Origin: a bacterium
GTDB lineage: Bacteria > UBA8248 > JACPRG01 > G963555815
Reading direction: 5' to 3'
Length of the DNA: 64,000 nucleotides
NCBI GenBank assembly: GCA_965261595.1
Contig: CBDHDG010000006.1
Coordinates: 768,001-832,000 of the forward strand
Part shown: piece by piece, positions 53,668 to 64,000 of the stretch
How the letters are laid out: each line of letters begins with the position of its first letter
How positions within the stretch are numbered: position 1 is the stretch's first letter
Translations under genes and position numbers: made by a program
The notes under the pieces: generated by a model
What the model was told of the DNA's origin: nothing
The model's input: only the letters and a program-made list of their open reading frames with translations
Database searches by the model: none

Positions 53668-54141
53668 TTAATACCTGCCGCTGAAATAGTCATCGAGGAT
53701 CTGCGCGTGGTCGAAGTAGAGGGGCGAGGGCAAATTTTCCCGGGTGTACACACCGACGGCCGCGGCGTCGGAGCCGGCGGTGGGCGTTCGGGGACCCCGT
53801 CCCCAGACCCGGCCGATGAAGACCACCGTGATGTTGTGCTGCCGGGCGTCCCTTTTGGGATCGGAATAGGCGTGAAACTGCCGGACCAGCTCGACGCTCA
53901 GGCCCGTTTCCTCCTTGGCCTCGCGGACCGCCGCGTCCTCGAGGGACTCGCCGTAATCCACGAAACCTCCCGGGATGGCCCATCCCCGCGGGGGGTTTTT
54001 TCTTTCGACCAGGATAACGGCCCGCCCGGTTTCAGGGGAAGACGGATCGTCCACCTCGATGATCACATCGACCGTCGGGAAAGGATTGCGGAAGGGAGAT
54101 GCCGCGTCGCCGGGGGCGAATGGGCGGCGGTCGTCGTTCAT
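53668..54141 (-). CDS. NUDIX hydrolase
   Basis: [25 protein letters not shown]udix box. Confidence 0.93.
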   Translation of the reverse strand: MNDDRRPFAPGDAASPFRNPFPTVDVIIEVDDPSSPETGRAVILVERKNPPRGWAIPGGFVDYGESLEDAAVREAKEETGLSVELVRQFHAYSDPKRDARQHNITVVFIGRVWGRGPRTPTAGSDAAAVGVYTRENLPSPLYFDHAQILDDYFSGRY

Positions 54142-54282
54142 AGCAGTCTCCTCGGGCGGGCGGGGCGGGTGGTCCGGGTGTGAAGGAGAAAATCCCCCCC
54201 TCCCCTCCCCTCCCCCCAACACATCCGGATAGAATAAGGGCGGGCCGGCCGGTTTGCCAATACTCGGGATGGGAGATCTGCA

Positions 54283-55056
54283 GTGGGTCGCGGTTTTTCA
54301 GGATGGCGATGGTCTCGGGCCGGGGTCTTGGCGCTGGCCGCGGGGTGCGGCGGCGCCTTCGCCGCCGGGGCGAATGAGCCGCCGCCCGAGGAGCGCTTCC
54401 CCGTCCGCCTGATCAAGGGGGAAAAGACCGGGGCGGCGCGGTTCTTCCTCGAGGATTACACCCTTTTCCGCGAGCGGCGCACGGAATTTCGCAGCACTTT
54501 GAAGATCTACACCTACCTCTTCGCGCGCTTGCCCATCGCCTCGGACATGATCCGGGCGTTGAAAATCGGCAAGTACAAAATTACGGAAGGGCCGGACGGT
54601 TCCTACCTGCTCGACACCGGCGCCGGCGTCACAGGACGGTTCTGGATCGTTCACAACGGAAAGGACCGAAAGGTCATCTACGCGGAGGGCGGTTACAGCG
54701 GGTGGCTTCTCCGGAGCCTTGGAGGCCGCGCCACCTTCGCGATCACGTACACACCGGCCCGGACGGACAGGAGCCTCGTCGTGAAGAACCACCTGATGGT
54801 GTTCGTCAAGGTGGACAACGTCGTCGCGGACTTCCTCATCAAGTCCCTGGATTGGATGAGTCGCCTTCTGGTCCGAACCCGGATCCGCCAGGCGTCCTCA
54901 GCCGCCCAAAAGCTGACCGAGGCCATCGCACGGGAGCCTGAGAAGGTTTACGAGCGGCTGGAGAAGAGCCTTCGGATTCCAACGTCCGCGCTGAACGCGT
55001 TTCGGACAAGTTTCCCGGGAGACAGGAACAAGGGGGGGGGAGGGGGGGGGGGGTGA
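54283..55056 (+). CDS. Hypothetical exported protein
   Basis: Signal-like N-terminus, host-like codon usage. Confidence 0.65.
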   Translation: MGRGFSGWRWSRAGVLALAAGCGGAFAAGANEPPPEERFPVRLIKGEKTGAARFFLEDYTLFRERRTEFRSTLKIYTYLFARLPIASDMIRALKIGKYKITEGPDGSYLLDTGAGVTGRFWIVHNGKDRKVIYAEGGYSGWLLRSLGGRATFAITYTPARTDRSLVVKNHLMVFVKVDNVVADFLIKSLDWMSRLLVRTRIRQASSAAQKLTEAIAREPEKVYERLEKSLRIPTSALNAFRTSFPGDRNKGGGGGGG

Positions 55057-55207
55057 AAAACTCCGACTGACCCCGGGCGGGATATCATCCGCGCTCTACC
55101 CGTTCATCCCAACCAGGGTCATGCGGGCCGGGCGAGGAAGCCGCACCCGCCGCCCCGACTCGATCAGCGGGACGGAAGAACGGTGAGAGATCCGGGGAAA
55201 CCGTAGA

Positions 55208-57640
55208 TCAAGCGCCAGGAACTCCATTGGCGTACATGGCGCCCATTCCGGCCCGCTTCCCCGCGGAAGTCGCCCGAAACGCGTCCACCACATCTTTGTC
55301 GAACTGCACGCCGGCGGACTCTTCAAGATTGCACAAGGCCTGTTGAGGGCTCATCGCGTCGCGGTACGGCCGGTCTGACGTCATGGCGTCGAAAGCGTCG
55401 GCAACGCTCAGGATTCGGGCCAGCAGGGGGATCTCCTCCCCCGTCAAACGGTCCGGATACCCGTCTCCATTCCACCACTCGTGGTGGTTGCGGATGACCG
55501 CCCGCTCCTCGGTCAACAGGCAAACCGGCCGAACGATCTGTTCGCCGATCACCGGGTGCCGGCGCATCGATTCCATCTCGTTCCGACTCAAGCGATCCGG
55601 CTTGAGCATGATGGCGTCCTGAATCCCGACTTTTCCGATGTCATGGAGACGGCCGGCGAATTCCAACATCTCCCGCTGCTCCGGCGGACATTCCAGGATG
55701 TCCGCCATCATGAGGGCGCTTTCAAGTCCGAACAACGCCCTCCCGTACAACCGGCCGTCAGCGTAATCCTCCACCAGCCTCCGGAAGACCTCGACGGCCT
55801 CTCCAAACCGCTTGCGGCTCATCAGCGCGTCGCCCAGGAACGACCAGGCCAGCTCCGCCAAGGCGCGAGGCTTTCCCTCCTTGCCGATCCGACGGTAGGT
55901 CTTGAGGGGATCCCGCAGGGCGGGGTGTTTGGCCTTTAGTTTTTTCGTAACAAATTCGGGTTCCTCGACCGCCAAATCCGCCAGGCGGATCAGACTGATG
56001 ATGGACGATTCCGTCCGCGGGTGTTTCCCGATGACTTTGGCATAACCGTCGATGGCTCGGGCCAAGTCCTTTTCAAGGAGATGGCTTTCGGCCACCCGCG
56101 TCATCACATAGGGCAGGTTTTCGGAATCCGGGAATTTCTCCATTTGCTTGGCATAGAATTTTCTGGCGCGGGAAAACTCCCCGGAAGCCAGGAATGTTTC
56201 CCCCATCAGGAACAGGACATCCGGGGAGAAATTCGCCAATGTGGGCGCCTTCTTGAGCGCCTTTTCAAATTCGGCCTTCGCCAATTCGATCTTTTTCAGC
56301 TGAAAATACGCGCCGCCCAAGCCGTATCGGGCGAGGGCGTGAGCGCCCGCACGCGGATGCTTCAGGGCTTTCTGGAATATCTCCAGGGCCAACTCCGAGT
56401 CGCCCAGTTTCAGATTCGTGAAACCTTGATACGCCATTCCCACCGCGGTGAGCGGATGCTTCGGGTACCGGTCAGCGAGATCCTGAAACGTGGTCTCCGC
56501 CCGAAAGTAAAACCCCAGCTGGCTCTGACTCCGGCCGAGCTGAAGCAGTCCCCAAGGGGTCCATTCGGTCTCGGGGAATGCCTGAACCGCCCAGCGGTAA
56601 GCCGTGACCGCCTGCCTCAGCCGCTTCTTTTTCCGGTCACGCTTCAGCTTACCGATAGAAGCGCCGGGATCATCGAGGTCCAGATCGAATTCATCCACGG
56701 AGGGCTCGGCCTCGAAATGGCTGTCTCCCGACAAATAAGCCGCGCTGGGGGCAAGCCGGCTGCCGGAAAATTTCCGGGCGAACCGGCCGAAGGATTCCGA
56801 CGCCTCGGTGGAATTTCCTTCGTGGTAATGCTTGAGGGCTTCCAGGTATTCCTGGGCGCCCTCTTCTCCATGCCACGGTTTGGGAATGACCGGTTTCCCA
56901 AAAAGCGGCCGCTTGACTTTCACCAATTGAGGGGCGGCCGCCGGAATCACGGCCGGGGCCTTCGGGATCACAGGAGGGGGGGCCTTGCGGCCGATCAGCG
57001 AAAATCTCTCCGCCTCCAACGGCGGCGAGATCACCACCACGGACGCCTGAGCCAGGTAAACCGGAGACGCGGGACGCTCGGCGTCGGCCGTGCGGACCGC
57101 CCGCCCTTTGGGGCCGGGCCGTTGGACAAGCCGGTAAGGCGACATCAGAATCGGACCCGTCCGAAAATCCGGGACTTTCGCCGTAGCCACCGGCCGAATC
57201 GCCAGGTCCAGGACCACCCGATCCGGATTCTTCAGCGTGAAATGGTCATAGGGGCCTTCCGTGCGCGGCAACGGAAGGCGGGCGAGGACCCGAGAGCCTT
57301 TGGCGCGCTCGAGCTTCAGAATCACACCGTCCCTGCCGGCGAGCGCAATCCGATTCGGGACATCAAGTTTCGACACGCCGGAAAATTCCAAGGTCAATCG
57401 TCCCACCTGAACGCCCCACGGCCGGACCCGAACGCGATAGGAGACAGGCTTGGAAAAATCGAAAACCACCCGAAGCCATCCCCCCCGCAGAGCCGCCCGG
57501 ACGCCCAGGAGCCTCCCCCCCCCCTCATCGGCATGCGCCGCGGGAGCGCGCCATGCGGCCCAACTCAGTCCCACGGCCGCCCCGATCAGGACCGTGAAGA
57601 TCCATCGGTTGTGACGGGATTTGGGTTTCATGCGTTCCAT
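55208..57640 (-). CDS. Exported AMIN + TPR protein fused to a partial HD-GYP domain
   Basis: LRVVFDFS, FTLKNPDRVVLD, multiple TPRs, then LHDIGK, HHEWWNGDGYP, DAFDAMTSDRPYR. Confidence 0.8.
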   Translation of the reverse strand: MERMKPKSRHNRWIFTVLIGAAVGLSWAAWRAPAAHADEGGGRLLGVRAALRGGWLRVVFDFSKPVSYRVRVRPWGVQVGRLTLEFSGVSKLDVPNRIALAGRDGVILKLERAKGSRVLARLPLPRTEGPYDHFTLKNPDRVVLDLAIRPVATAKVPDFRTGPILMSPYRLVQRPGPKGRAVRTADAERPASPVYLAQASVVVISPPLEAERFSLIGRKAPPPVIPKAPAVIPAAAPQLVKVKRPLFGKPVIPKPWHGEEGAQEYLEALKHYHEGNSTEASESFGRFARKFSGSRLAPSAAYLSGDSHFEAEPSVDEFDLDLDDPGASIGKLKRDRKKKRLRQAVTAYRWAVQAFPETEWTPWGLLQLGRSQSQLGFYFRAETTFQDLADRYPKHPLTAVGMAYQGFTNLKLGDSELALEIFQKALKHPRAGAHALARYGLGGAYFQLKKIELAKAEFEKALKKAPTLANFSPDVLFLMGETFLASGEFSRARKFYAKQMEKFPDSENLPYVMTRVAESHLLEKDLARAIDGYAKVIGKHPRTESSIISLIRLADLAVEEPEFVTKKLKAKHPALRDPLKTYRRIGKEGKPRALAELAWSFLGDALMSRKRFGEAVEVFRRLVEDYADGRLYGRALFGLESALMMADILECPPEQREMLEFAGRLHDIGKVGIQDAIMLKPDRLSRNEMESMRRHPVIGEQIVRPVCLLTEERAVIRNHHEWWNGDGYPDRLTGEEIPLLARILSVADAFDAMTSDRPYRDAMSPQQALCNLEESAGVQFDKDVVDAFRATSAGKRAGMGAMYANGVPGA

Positions 57641-57650
57641 GGCGGAGCGT

Positions 57651-58004
57651 CTATCTCTTTCTGGCGATTCGTTTGAGCAGCTTGATGATCTCTTTGTTCT
57701 GGCGGATCAGCAGGATGCCCGTCCCGGCCTGGATGCGCGCGGCCTCGGCGATTTGTTTGAGGGCCATCTGATCCGATTCTGTCGACAAGGTCCCATCGTT
57801 CTTGTCCATGATGTACTTGATGAGCTTGGCGAAGTCGTCCTCCAGAACCAGGATGTTCTTTTCAGACACCGCGCCGGACCCAATGCTCACCTTGCCCTGG
57901 CCGTAAGCCCCCGTAGCGAGGAGAAGGACGAAAATGACCGTCATGGAGGTGAATTTCCACAGGCTCAATCTTCTTTTAGAGAAACTTATCCCGATTGATT
58001 GCAT
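57651..58004 (-). CDS. Small hypothetical exported protein
   Basis: GGAG RBS, hydrophobic segment, ends 10 bp before the TPR gene. Confidence 0.6.
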   Translation of the reverse strand: MQSIGISFSKRRLSLWKFTSMTVIFVLLLATGAYGQGKVSIGSGAVSEKNILVLEDDFAKLIKYIMDKNDGTLSTESDQMALKQIAEAARIQAGTGILLIRQNKEIIKLLKRIARKR

Positions 58005-58061
58005 GGGACTCCATCCAGAATTCAAAGTGAAATTTGGTTTCCCTAACCTGATAGATCGGAG

Positions 58062-58077
58062 AGCAATACTTATGCCG
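58062..58077 (-). promoter_or_regulatory. Candidate sigma-54 promoter
   Basis: CGGCAT-N5-TTGCT on the minus strand, ~58 bp upstream of ATG 58004. Confidence 0.5.
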
Positions 58078-58279
58078 CTCCAGGGATAGCGGAGAGGGGA
58101 CGCCTTCAAATTCGGTTCAAATTCAAAGGGTTACACTTTGCTCATCAATGCGGTTCATAAAGCGAGAGTGCGGAGGCCTTTGAACCGTATGGAAGAGGTC
58201 TTCTGTCAAAAACTCGACGCCCGACCTTGATTCGCGGGGTGATCCGGGGTTTTCGCGGGAGGGGTTCGGAAATATCCGA

Positions 58280-59020
58280 TCAGGCGGAGGAAGGACGATC
58301 CGTCTCAGCCAGTTCTTGCAGGATTGGGATGGACGCGATCTTCTCCGGGGAGAGACGGTCCCAGTCAATGCCCTCAGGCGCTCCCGCACGGCCCCGGCTG
58401 GGTTGAATTTCATCGGGCACGCAAAAATGGCTCACCGGAACATCATGCTCCATCATGGGAATGGCCCGTTCAACAACCTGGATCGGATGGACCGTCGTTA
58501 CAACGGGGGTGGAGGAGGAGACCTTTCCGAACCTTCGCAGCAGGGCGTATTCCAGGTCCGCATACCCGCCCCCCTTTCCGACTCGCTCGCCCCGCCGGCT
58601 CACGGCCACCGACCCCATCACAATCAAATCGATGTCCGGAAGCGTCTCCGGCGAGACGGGGAGTCCATACCGGGAGGCGCCCCGGATGCTGGAAGCCGCG
58701 TAAGGAGACACGGGGAGTTTCGCGGGATCCAGGAGGATGAAGCATTCCCTTCGCGTCAGCCTGGGAACCGCCATGAGGAGGGTCTTCCCCTGTTCCAGGG
58801 CCAGGCGGCGGACCGGCCGTTGCGGGGAATCCGGGTTTGTCTTGACAACCCGGGCGCTTTCCCATTCGGGAAGCGCGTTCAACCGATCGGCGGCGGCCTC
58901 GGCACCCTTGAAGTTGGGGATTCGCCCGACCGTCCCCGGAAAGAGAGCGACGCCCTCCTCCATCATCCGGGTCCAAATCATTTCGCGCAAAGACTGCTTA
59001 TCCATCGCCGATTCTGTCAA
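58280..59020 (-). CDS. 5-formyltetrahydrofolate cyclo-ligase family
   Basis: RIPNFKGA, NPDSPQ, GSVAVS..GERVGKGGGYADLEY, HDVPV. Confidence 0.88.
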   Translation of the reverse strand: MTESAMDKQSLREMIWTRMMEEGVALFPGTVGRIPNFKGAEAAADRLNALPEWESARVVKTNPDSPQRPVRRLALEQGKTLLMAVPRLTRRECFILLDPAKLPVSPYAASSIRGASRYGLPVSPETLPDIDLIVMGSVAVSRRGERVGKGGGYADLEYALLRRFGKVSSSTPVVTTVHPIQVVERAIPMMEHDVPVSHFCVPDEIQPSRGRAGAPEGIDWDRLSPEKIASIPILQELAETDRPSSA

Positions 59021-59118
59021 AATACGCCGTCGAGACCATTGTCCGGACGCGGCCCCTCTCCCCGAGAGCCGGGAGTCGTCGGGGGCGGATTATCCCATCG
59101 ATCGATTGCAAAGGACGG

Positions 59119-59829
59119 GTGAAAGAAATGGAGAATGAAGCCGCCAGTCGAGAGTTGCTGACCGAGGCCCACGGGATTGTCGAAAAGGAAAAACTGGGAG
59201 ACTGGATCGGCCACGTTACGTGCCGCATTCCACCGGGCGACCGGATTCTGATCAAGCCGCAGTGGGTCCGTCTGGGCGGTCTGCGGCCGAAGGATTTCCT
59301 GGTGGTGGATCTGGAGGGGAAGGTCCTGGATTGGGGCGCCTGCGATCCGGCCCGGAAAGGCTTCAATCCACCCTCCGAATGGCCCCTTCACACAGAGATT
59401 TACCTCGCCCGCGAAGACGTGCAGGCCGTCGCGCACACCCACCCCCTCGTCGCCACGGCCATGACGGTTGCGGGGGTGGACATCGAGCCGCTCTATCATC
59501 GCTCGGCCTACTTCGGCGCCGGGGTCCCGCTCTACCGGAAGCCCGACCTGATCAACACCCGGGCGCTGGGGATCGAAACGGCCCAAGCCCTGGGCGATCA
59601 CAATGCCCTCCTGTTACAGGGCCACGGGGCCATCACGGTCGGCGCCGAAGTGGAGGAATCGGTCATTCTCGCCATTTTCCTCGAACAGTCGGCCTGGACC
59701 CAATGGGTGGCGCAAAGCTTCGGCAAACCGCTGGAAAGACTGCCGGATGACTTCACGGCCCCTTATGTCGGCCTCCAGCCCAATCGCTTCCCCTTCGTGT
59801 GGGATTTCTACAAAGCGATTCACTTGTAG
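59119..59829 (+). CDS. Class II aldolase/adducin family protein
   Basis: PPSEWPLHTEIY, VAHTHP, LLQGHG. Confidence 0.9.
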   Translation: MKEMENEAASRELLTEAHGIVEKEKLGDWIGHVTCRIPPGDRILIKPQWVRLGGLRPKDFLVVDLEGKVLDWGACDPARKGFNPPSEWPLHTEIYLAREDVQAVAHTHPLVATAMTVAGVDIEPLYHRSAYFGAGVPLYRKPDLINTRALGIETAQALGDHNALLLQGHGAITVGAEVEESVILAIFLEQSAWTQWVAQSFGKPLERLPDDFTAPYVGLQPNRFPFVWDFYKAIHL

Positions 59830-59884
59830 CCGGTATTGCTTAAAACGCTATCGGCTTGCGGGCTCAGCGGGCGCGGCCGAAGCC

Positions 59885-60620
59885 TCAATGGTCGACGGGT
59901 TTTCCGCCCATCACCATGGCCGTCATTTTCCGGGTGAAAAGGTTTTCCATGAGATCGTCCCGCCGGGCGTTCGATAAATCCATCCGTTCCCGATGAACCA
60001 TCCGCTCCAGGGGGCGGCGCGCGCTGGATCGGCCCTGAAGGGGATAGCCGAGGGGGGTGAGACTGGGGATGAAGAAAGAATCCGGGATTCCCAGCAGCTT
60101 TTTCAACTCCTTCTCGGTGGGCTCCTCCACCGTGTACCAGACGGTCCCCAGGCCCAAAGCCGCCGCGGCCAGGTGCACGTTCATGATGGCGGCCGAGATG
60201 CTCATGTAGAGCGTCATATCCACCGGAAAGGGCTCCGTCTGCGGAAAGGACCGCTTGGCCCGATCGTCGCACGCGAAAATGCAGGTACAGGGGCACGTCC
60301 CGGTGATAGCGGCGTTGATAGGCCGGAAACCGGGGATCTTTTCTTTGGAGGTAACGGCCCTCTTCAATCAGCAGCTCCGCGACGGCCCCGCGACGCTCGG
60401 CGTCCTCGACCACCAGAAAGGCCCAGGGTTGGATGTTGGCCCCCGAAGGCGCCCAACGCCCGGCCTCCAACACCCGCATGAGGTCTTCTTCCGAAACGGG
60501 CCGGGGATCGTATTTGCGGATGCTCCTTCGCCTTCGGATCACGGACAGCAGGCTCTCGTAGGCATCCAAGTCCCGGACAAGCGCGGAACCCACGACATCC
60601 CGCGGTGATTGGTCTGTCAT
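59885..60620 (-). pseudogene. Nitroreductase family protein, frameshifted
   Basis: RRRSIRKY, WAPSGANIQPW in one frame; NVHLAAAALGLGTVW, LGYP in another. Confidence 0.82.
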
Positions 60621-60922
60621 CTCCTCGGTCTCCAAGCCATACGATAAATCGACATCAGGCACCCCAACGAAAGATATCGCCAAGCGGCTATCAGAAACGG
60701 TCGAGCTTACCCCCGGCGCGGCCGGATTGAAAGCGGATTTCGCACCGGGATCATCCCGCAAACCCTTGGATCAATGAATCTTCGAAAGCACGCGCGGCCG
60801 GAAGACCCACCTTCGGCCAGCAGAAAATGGCATGAAAAGTGAATCTCCCTTGATTCCGGTGTTCCAACGTCCATGGAAACCGGAAGGCCGCTTCCCGGAC
60901 GCCGCAGACAGGGAGAGTTTTC

Positions 60923-62185
60923 TTGCAGCCGCAACCCCTCAAGGTCATGGTCGCCGTGGGCGCCCGGCCCAATTACATGAAGGCGGCCCCTCTGATCCGC
61001 GCCTTGACCGGCCCGTCAACCGCCGTGGAAACCGGCCAGCCACCTATCGAGCTGACCGTCACGCACACAGGACAGCATTACGAAGACGGCCTTTCCAGGA
61101 CGCTGTTCGAGGAGCTCTCTCTGCCTGCCGCCGATGTCAACCTGAATGTCGGCTCCGGGCCGCACGGGCGGCAGACCGGCCTCATCCTGCAACGCTTCGA
61201 ACCCGTTTTCGAAGAACAGTGGCCGGACGTTCTCGTCGTCGCGGGGGACGTCAACTCGACGCTGGCCTGCGCGCTGGTCGCGGCCAAGAGCTGGCGGCGG
61301 CTTCCCGGAGGCGGCTGGAAACGCCCGCGCATCGCCCACATCGAGGCCGGACTCCGCAGCTTCGATCCCACGATGCCCGAGGAGACCAACCGCAGACTGA
61401 CCGACGCCCTGTCCGACGACCTCCTCATCCACTCCCCCGAGGCGCGCGGGAACCTCCTGCGCGAAGGGGTCCGGGAGGACGACATCCTGGAGGTCGGCAA
61501 TCTCATGATCGACACCCTGGACCGGCTCCTGCCGCTCGCCCGGCGATCGGACATCTTCGTCCGCCTGGGCCTGCGGCTCGGCGGTGCGCCGGAAGAAGGG
61601 AAGCCGTACGCGCTGTTGACGCTTCACCGGCCGTCCAACGTGGACGATCCCGAGCTCTTCAAGAGGCTTCTGCGGGGGGCGGCGCGCATCTCCCCGGATC
61701 TGGAGATCATCTTCCCCATGCATCCCCGCGTCCGCAAGGCCGCGCCGAAAATCCTGGAAGCGCTTCACCGGGAGCGCGCCGGGCCCTTGGCGCCCATCCG
61801 GCTCATCGAGCCTTTGGGCTACCTCGATTTCATCGCCTTGATGGACCGGGCCGCGCTGGTCCTGACGGACTCGGGCGGCGTTCAGGAGGAGACAACCGCC
61901 CTGGGCGTCCCCTGCCTGACGCTCCGGGAAAACACCGAGCGGCCCGTGACAGTCACGATGGGAACAAACACCTTGGCGGGGATCGAGGAGGAACGGATCG
62001 TTCAGGAGGGCCGACGGTCCTTATCCGGAAACTCCATGCCTTCCTCCCGCCCTCCCCTGTGGGACGGACACGCCGGAGAGCGGGCGGCCGATCTTTTGGT
62101 GCGACGGACACTGGCGGCCTCGGCGGCCGGATACGAGTTGGCGCCCGCCTCTTTGGAACAGAAACAGATTGCGCTTCCCGTCTAA
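60923..62185 (+). CDS. wecB: UDP-N-acetylglucosamine 2-epimerase (non-hydrolysing)
   Basis: GARPNYMK, HTGQHY, HIEAGLRS, TDSGGVQEE, RENTERP. Confidence 0.93.
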   Translation: MQPQPLKVMVAVGARPNYMKAAPLIRALTGPSTAVETGQPPIELTVTHTGQHYEDGLSRTLFEELSLPAADVNLNVGSGPHGRQTGLILQRFEPVFEEQWPDVLVVAGDVNSTLACALVAAKSWRRLPGGGWKRPRIAHIEAGLRSFDPTMPEETNRRLTDALSDDLLIHSPEARGNLLREGVREDDILEVGNLMIDTLDRLLPLARRSDIFVRLGLRLGGAPEEGKPYALLTLHRPSNVDDPELFKRLLRGAARISPDLEIIFPMHPRVRKAAPKILEALHRERAGPLAPIRLIEPLGYLDFIALMDRAALVLTDSGGVQEETTALGVPCLTLRENTERPVTVTMGTNTLAGIEEERIVQEGRRSLSGNSMPSSRPPLWDGHAGERAADLLVRRTLAASAAGYELAPASLEQKQIALPV

Positions 62186-62437
62186 AAGACCCCTGGAAGC
62201 GAGGCCAAGCCCCACGGGGTCGCCCAGCGAATTCGGCCGACAGGGCGAGGGAACGCCCGGCCCGGGGCCGATCCGGGGGGTGGGCCGGTCTGGCGGCCGC
62301 GGCGATCCTGCTCCTGTCTTGGGCTGGAACCTGCTTTCGACAAAGGGGGATCTCCGGACCCTGCGCGCCCAACTCACGGCGCTTCAGGCCGACTCGGCCC
62401 AATCACGGGCGGAACAGGCGAAGCTGGAGGAAGTCCT

Positions 62438-63842
62438 TGGACCGCCCCTGGGTTATTGGACACTCGGGTGAGGGTATTCGACCTCATGCGGCCTCCGCAA
62501 CTTGAGCGAGTTTTTCCTGCCTTGCCTGGGCCGGCGTTCGGTAGCCGTAGCCCTCGAGAATCCAATGATGGTTGTACAGGTTCTTGAACTCAAGCAGCGC
62601 CCACCGCAGTTCCTCTACGGTGGCGAAAGAGCGCACCCACAGGAGATTCTCCTTCAAGATGCGGATAAACCACTCACAGTAGCCATTTCCCTCGGGCGCC
62701 CGCACGAAGCTGGGCGAACTGGTCATGCCCAGGTAGGCGATCTCCCGCTGAAAGTCATCGGACAGATAGGCGGGGCCGTGGTCGTGACGAACTTTAAGCC
62801 CCTCGGCGACGTCCGCCTCCAAGCCGGCGAAGCGCTCGGCGACCCCCTGCCGGATCGGCTCCAGGGCCTCGAAGCGGTTGCCGCTCTTGGCCGCATGGAT
62901 CCCCACGCAGTCCACCGAGCAGTGATCCACCGCCACGAACACCGAGGCCATCCCCTCCTCGGTGGTCACCGTCGTCGTCATGTCCGTGCCCCACATTCGG
63001 TCGGGCCGCTCGGTGCGGATGGTCCCGTTGTGGGCCTTGGGACCTCGGGGTTTGCCCACCCGGTGGGGGGCCTGAAGCCCCGCCTCCCGCATCAGGCGAC
63101 GCACCCGCTCCTTGCTGGTGCGGATGCCCGCGAAGCGCAGCCTCGCCCACACCTTGCGGTAGCCCTCGCCATGGAAGGGAGAGTCCTCCAGGACCTGCCG
63201 GATGTGGCCGAGGAGTTCCGCATCGGTGCACGGGCCCACAGGGCCGCGCTTATTGGGCGTGGGGCGTTCATGAACGGGGACCGCCTCTCGCCGCCGTTGC
63301 GCGTAGACCGTGGAGCGCGCCAAGCCCCAAAGGGCGCACACCCGCTTCAGGCCGTAGGCTCTGCCCGTGGAGGTGAAGCGGGCCTGACTCATCGCCTCCA
63401 CCTCCTGCCGGCTAAAGGGCGGCCGGCCTCCAGGCGGTCGATCTTCTCCCGCAGGACCTCGCCCTCCATCGTGAGTTCGCCCACCTTGGCCTTGAGCCGG
63501 GCGTTCTCCTCGGCCCGCTCATCCGCCGGGCGGGCTTTGAGCGCCGCCTCGCCCCCGCGAAGGAACGCCTCGCGCCAGGCGGAAAGCCGAGCCGCTGTCG
63601 TGCCCAACTCGCGGCAGAGCGTCTCCAGGCTCTCGCCCCGCAAAAGACGCAGGACCGCCTCCCGCTTGCGCCTGGCAGGAGAACCGACCCCGCTCACTGC
63701 GATGCCCTGGGGCCTTGGCTCCGTTCGCCCTGCGGGCGCCCTCCGCCAAAGCCCCCTCTTGCTTTTGTTCGTTCATCGCGACACCCCTTTCTCCATGAAT
63801 CATGGATCAATCGAGTGTCCAACAAAACCCTAGAGCGGGGGA
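62438..63842 (-). mobile_element. IS3-family-like element, copy C (orfA frameshifted near 63671)
   Basis: Near-identical to copies A and B; CCT duplicated. Confidence 0.9.
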
Positions 63843-64000
63843 CCTAATTGTTGGGAGACCACTTCCATAACCGCTGGGCGGGAGGGATCCCGCTCAGCGG
63901 TTCATGCATGGGCGCTGTTGTAGGGGGAAGATTGTCCTTTTGCCCTCCGGTTCATAGGCCGCGATCCATATATAAACGGCTCACGACGCCGTGGGATACC

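Noticed and set aside
62169..62437. Membrane/coiled-coil fragment before IS copy C (anti-sigma-like)
   Set aside because: No clear start, broken frame and no continuation after the IS; too weak to call

Overview
High-GC bacterial chromosomal window. The flanks (1-23.6 kb and 53.5-64 kb) carry metabolic and housekeeping genes, including rnr-DUF1330-smpB-ssrA. A ~29.5-kb island is integrated at the 3' end of ssrA (attL 24016-24039, attR 53485-53508, 23/24 identical). Its left part is a phage-satellite/PICI-like module: tyrosine integrase, AlpA, Toprim primase, P-loop helicase, iteron-like repeats, a lambda-type cos-like site and a Nu1-like ORF. The rest is heavily IS-invaded cargo: three outer-membrane beta-barrel genes, a TonB-dependent receptor, a Type ISP R-M enzyme, an MmeI-type fragment and a nucleoside deoxyribosyltransferase. 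Least explained signals: (i) two transposase-free ~0.9-kb cassettes (5267-6224, 50756-51663) with IS1595-like inverted ends and 8-bp target duplications, each end carrying a pair of NrdR-box-like palindromes; (ii) a solitary CRISPR-repeat-like unit (33975-34010) with no array or cas genes in the window. Many genes are frameshifted; sequencing error and decay cannot be separated here. All family calls come from motif recognition by eye and recalled consensus sequences, not database searches.
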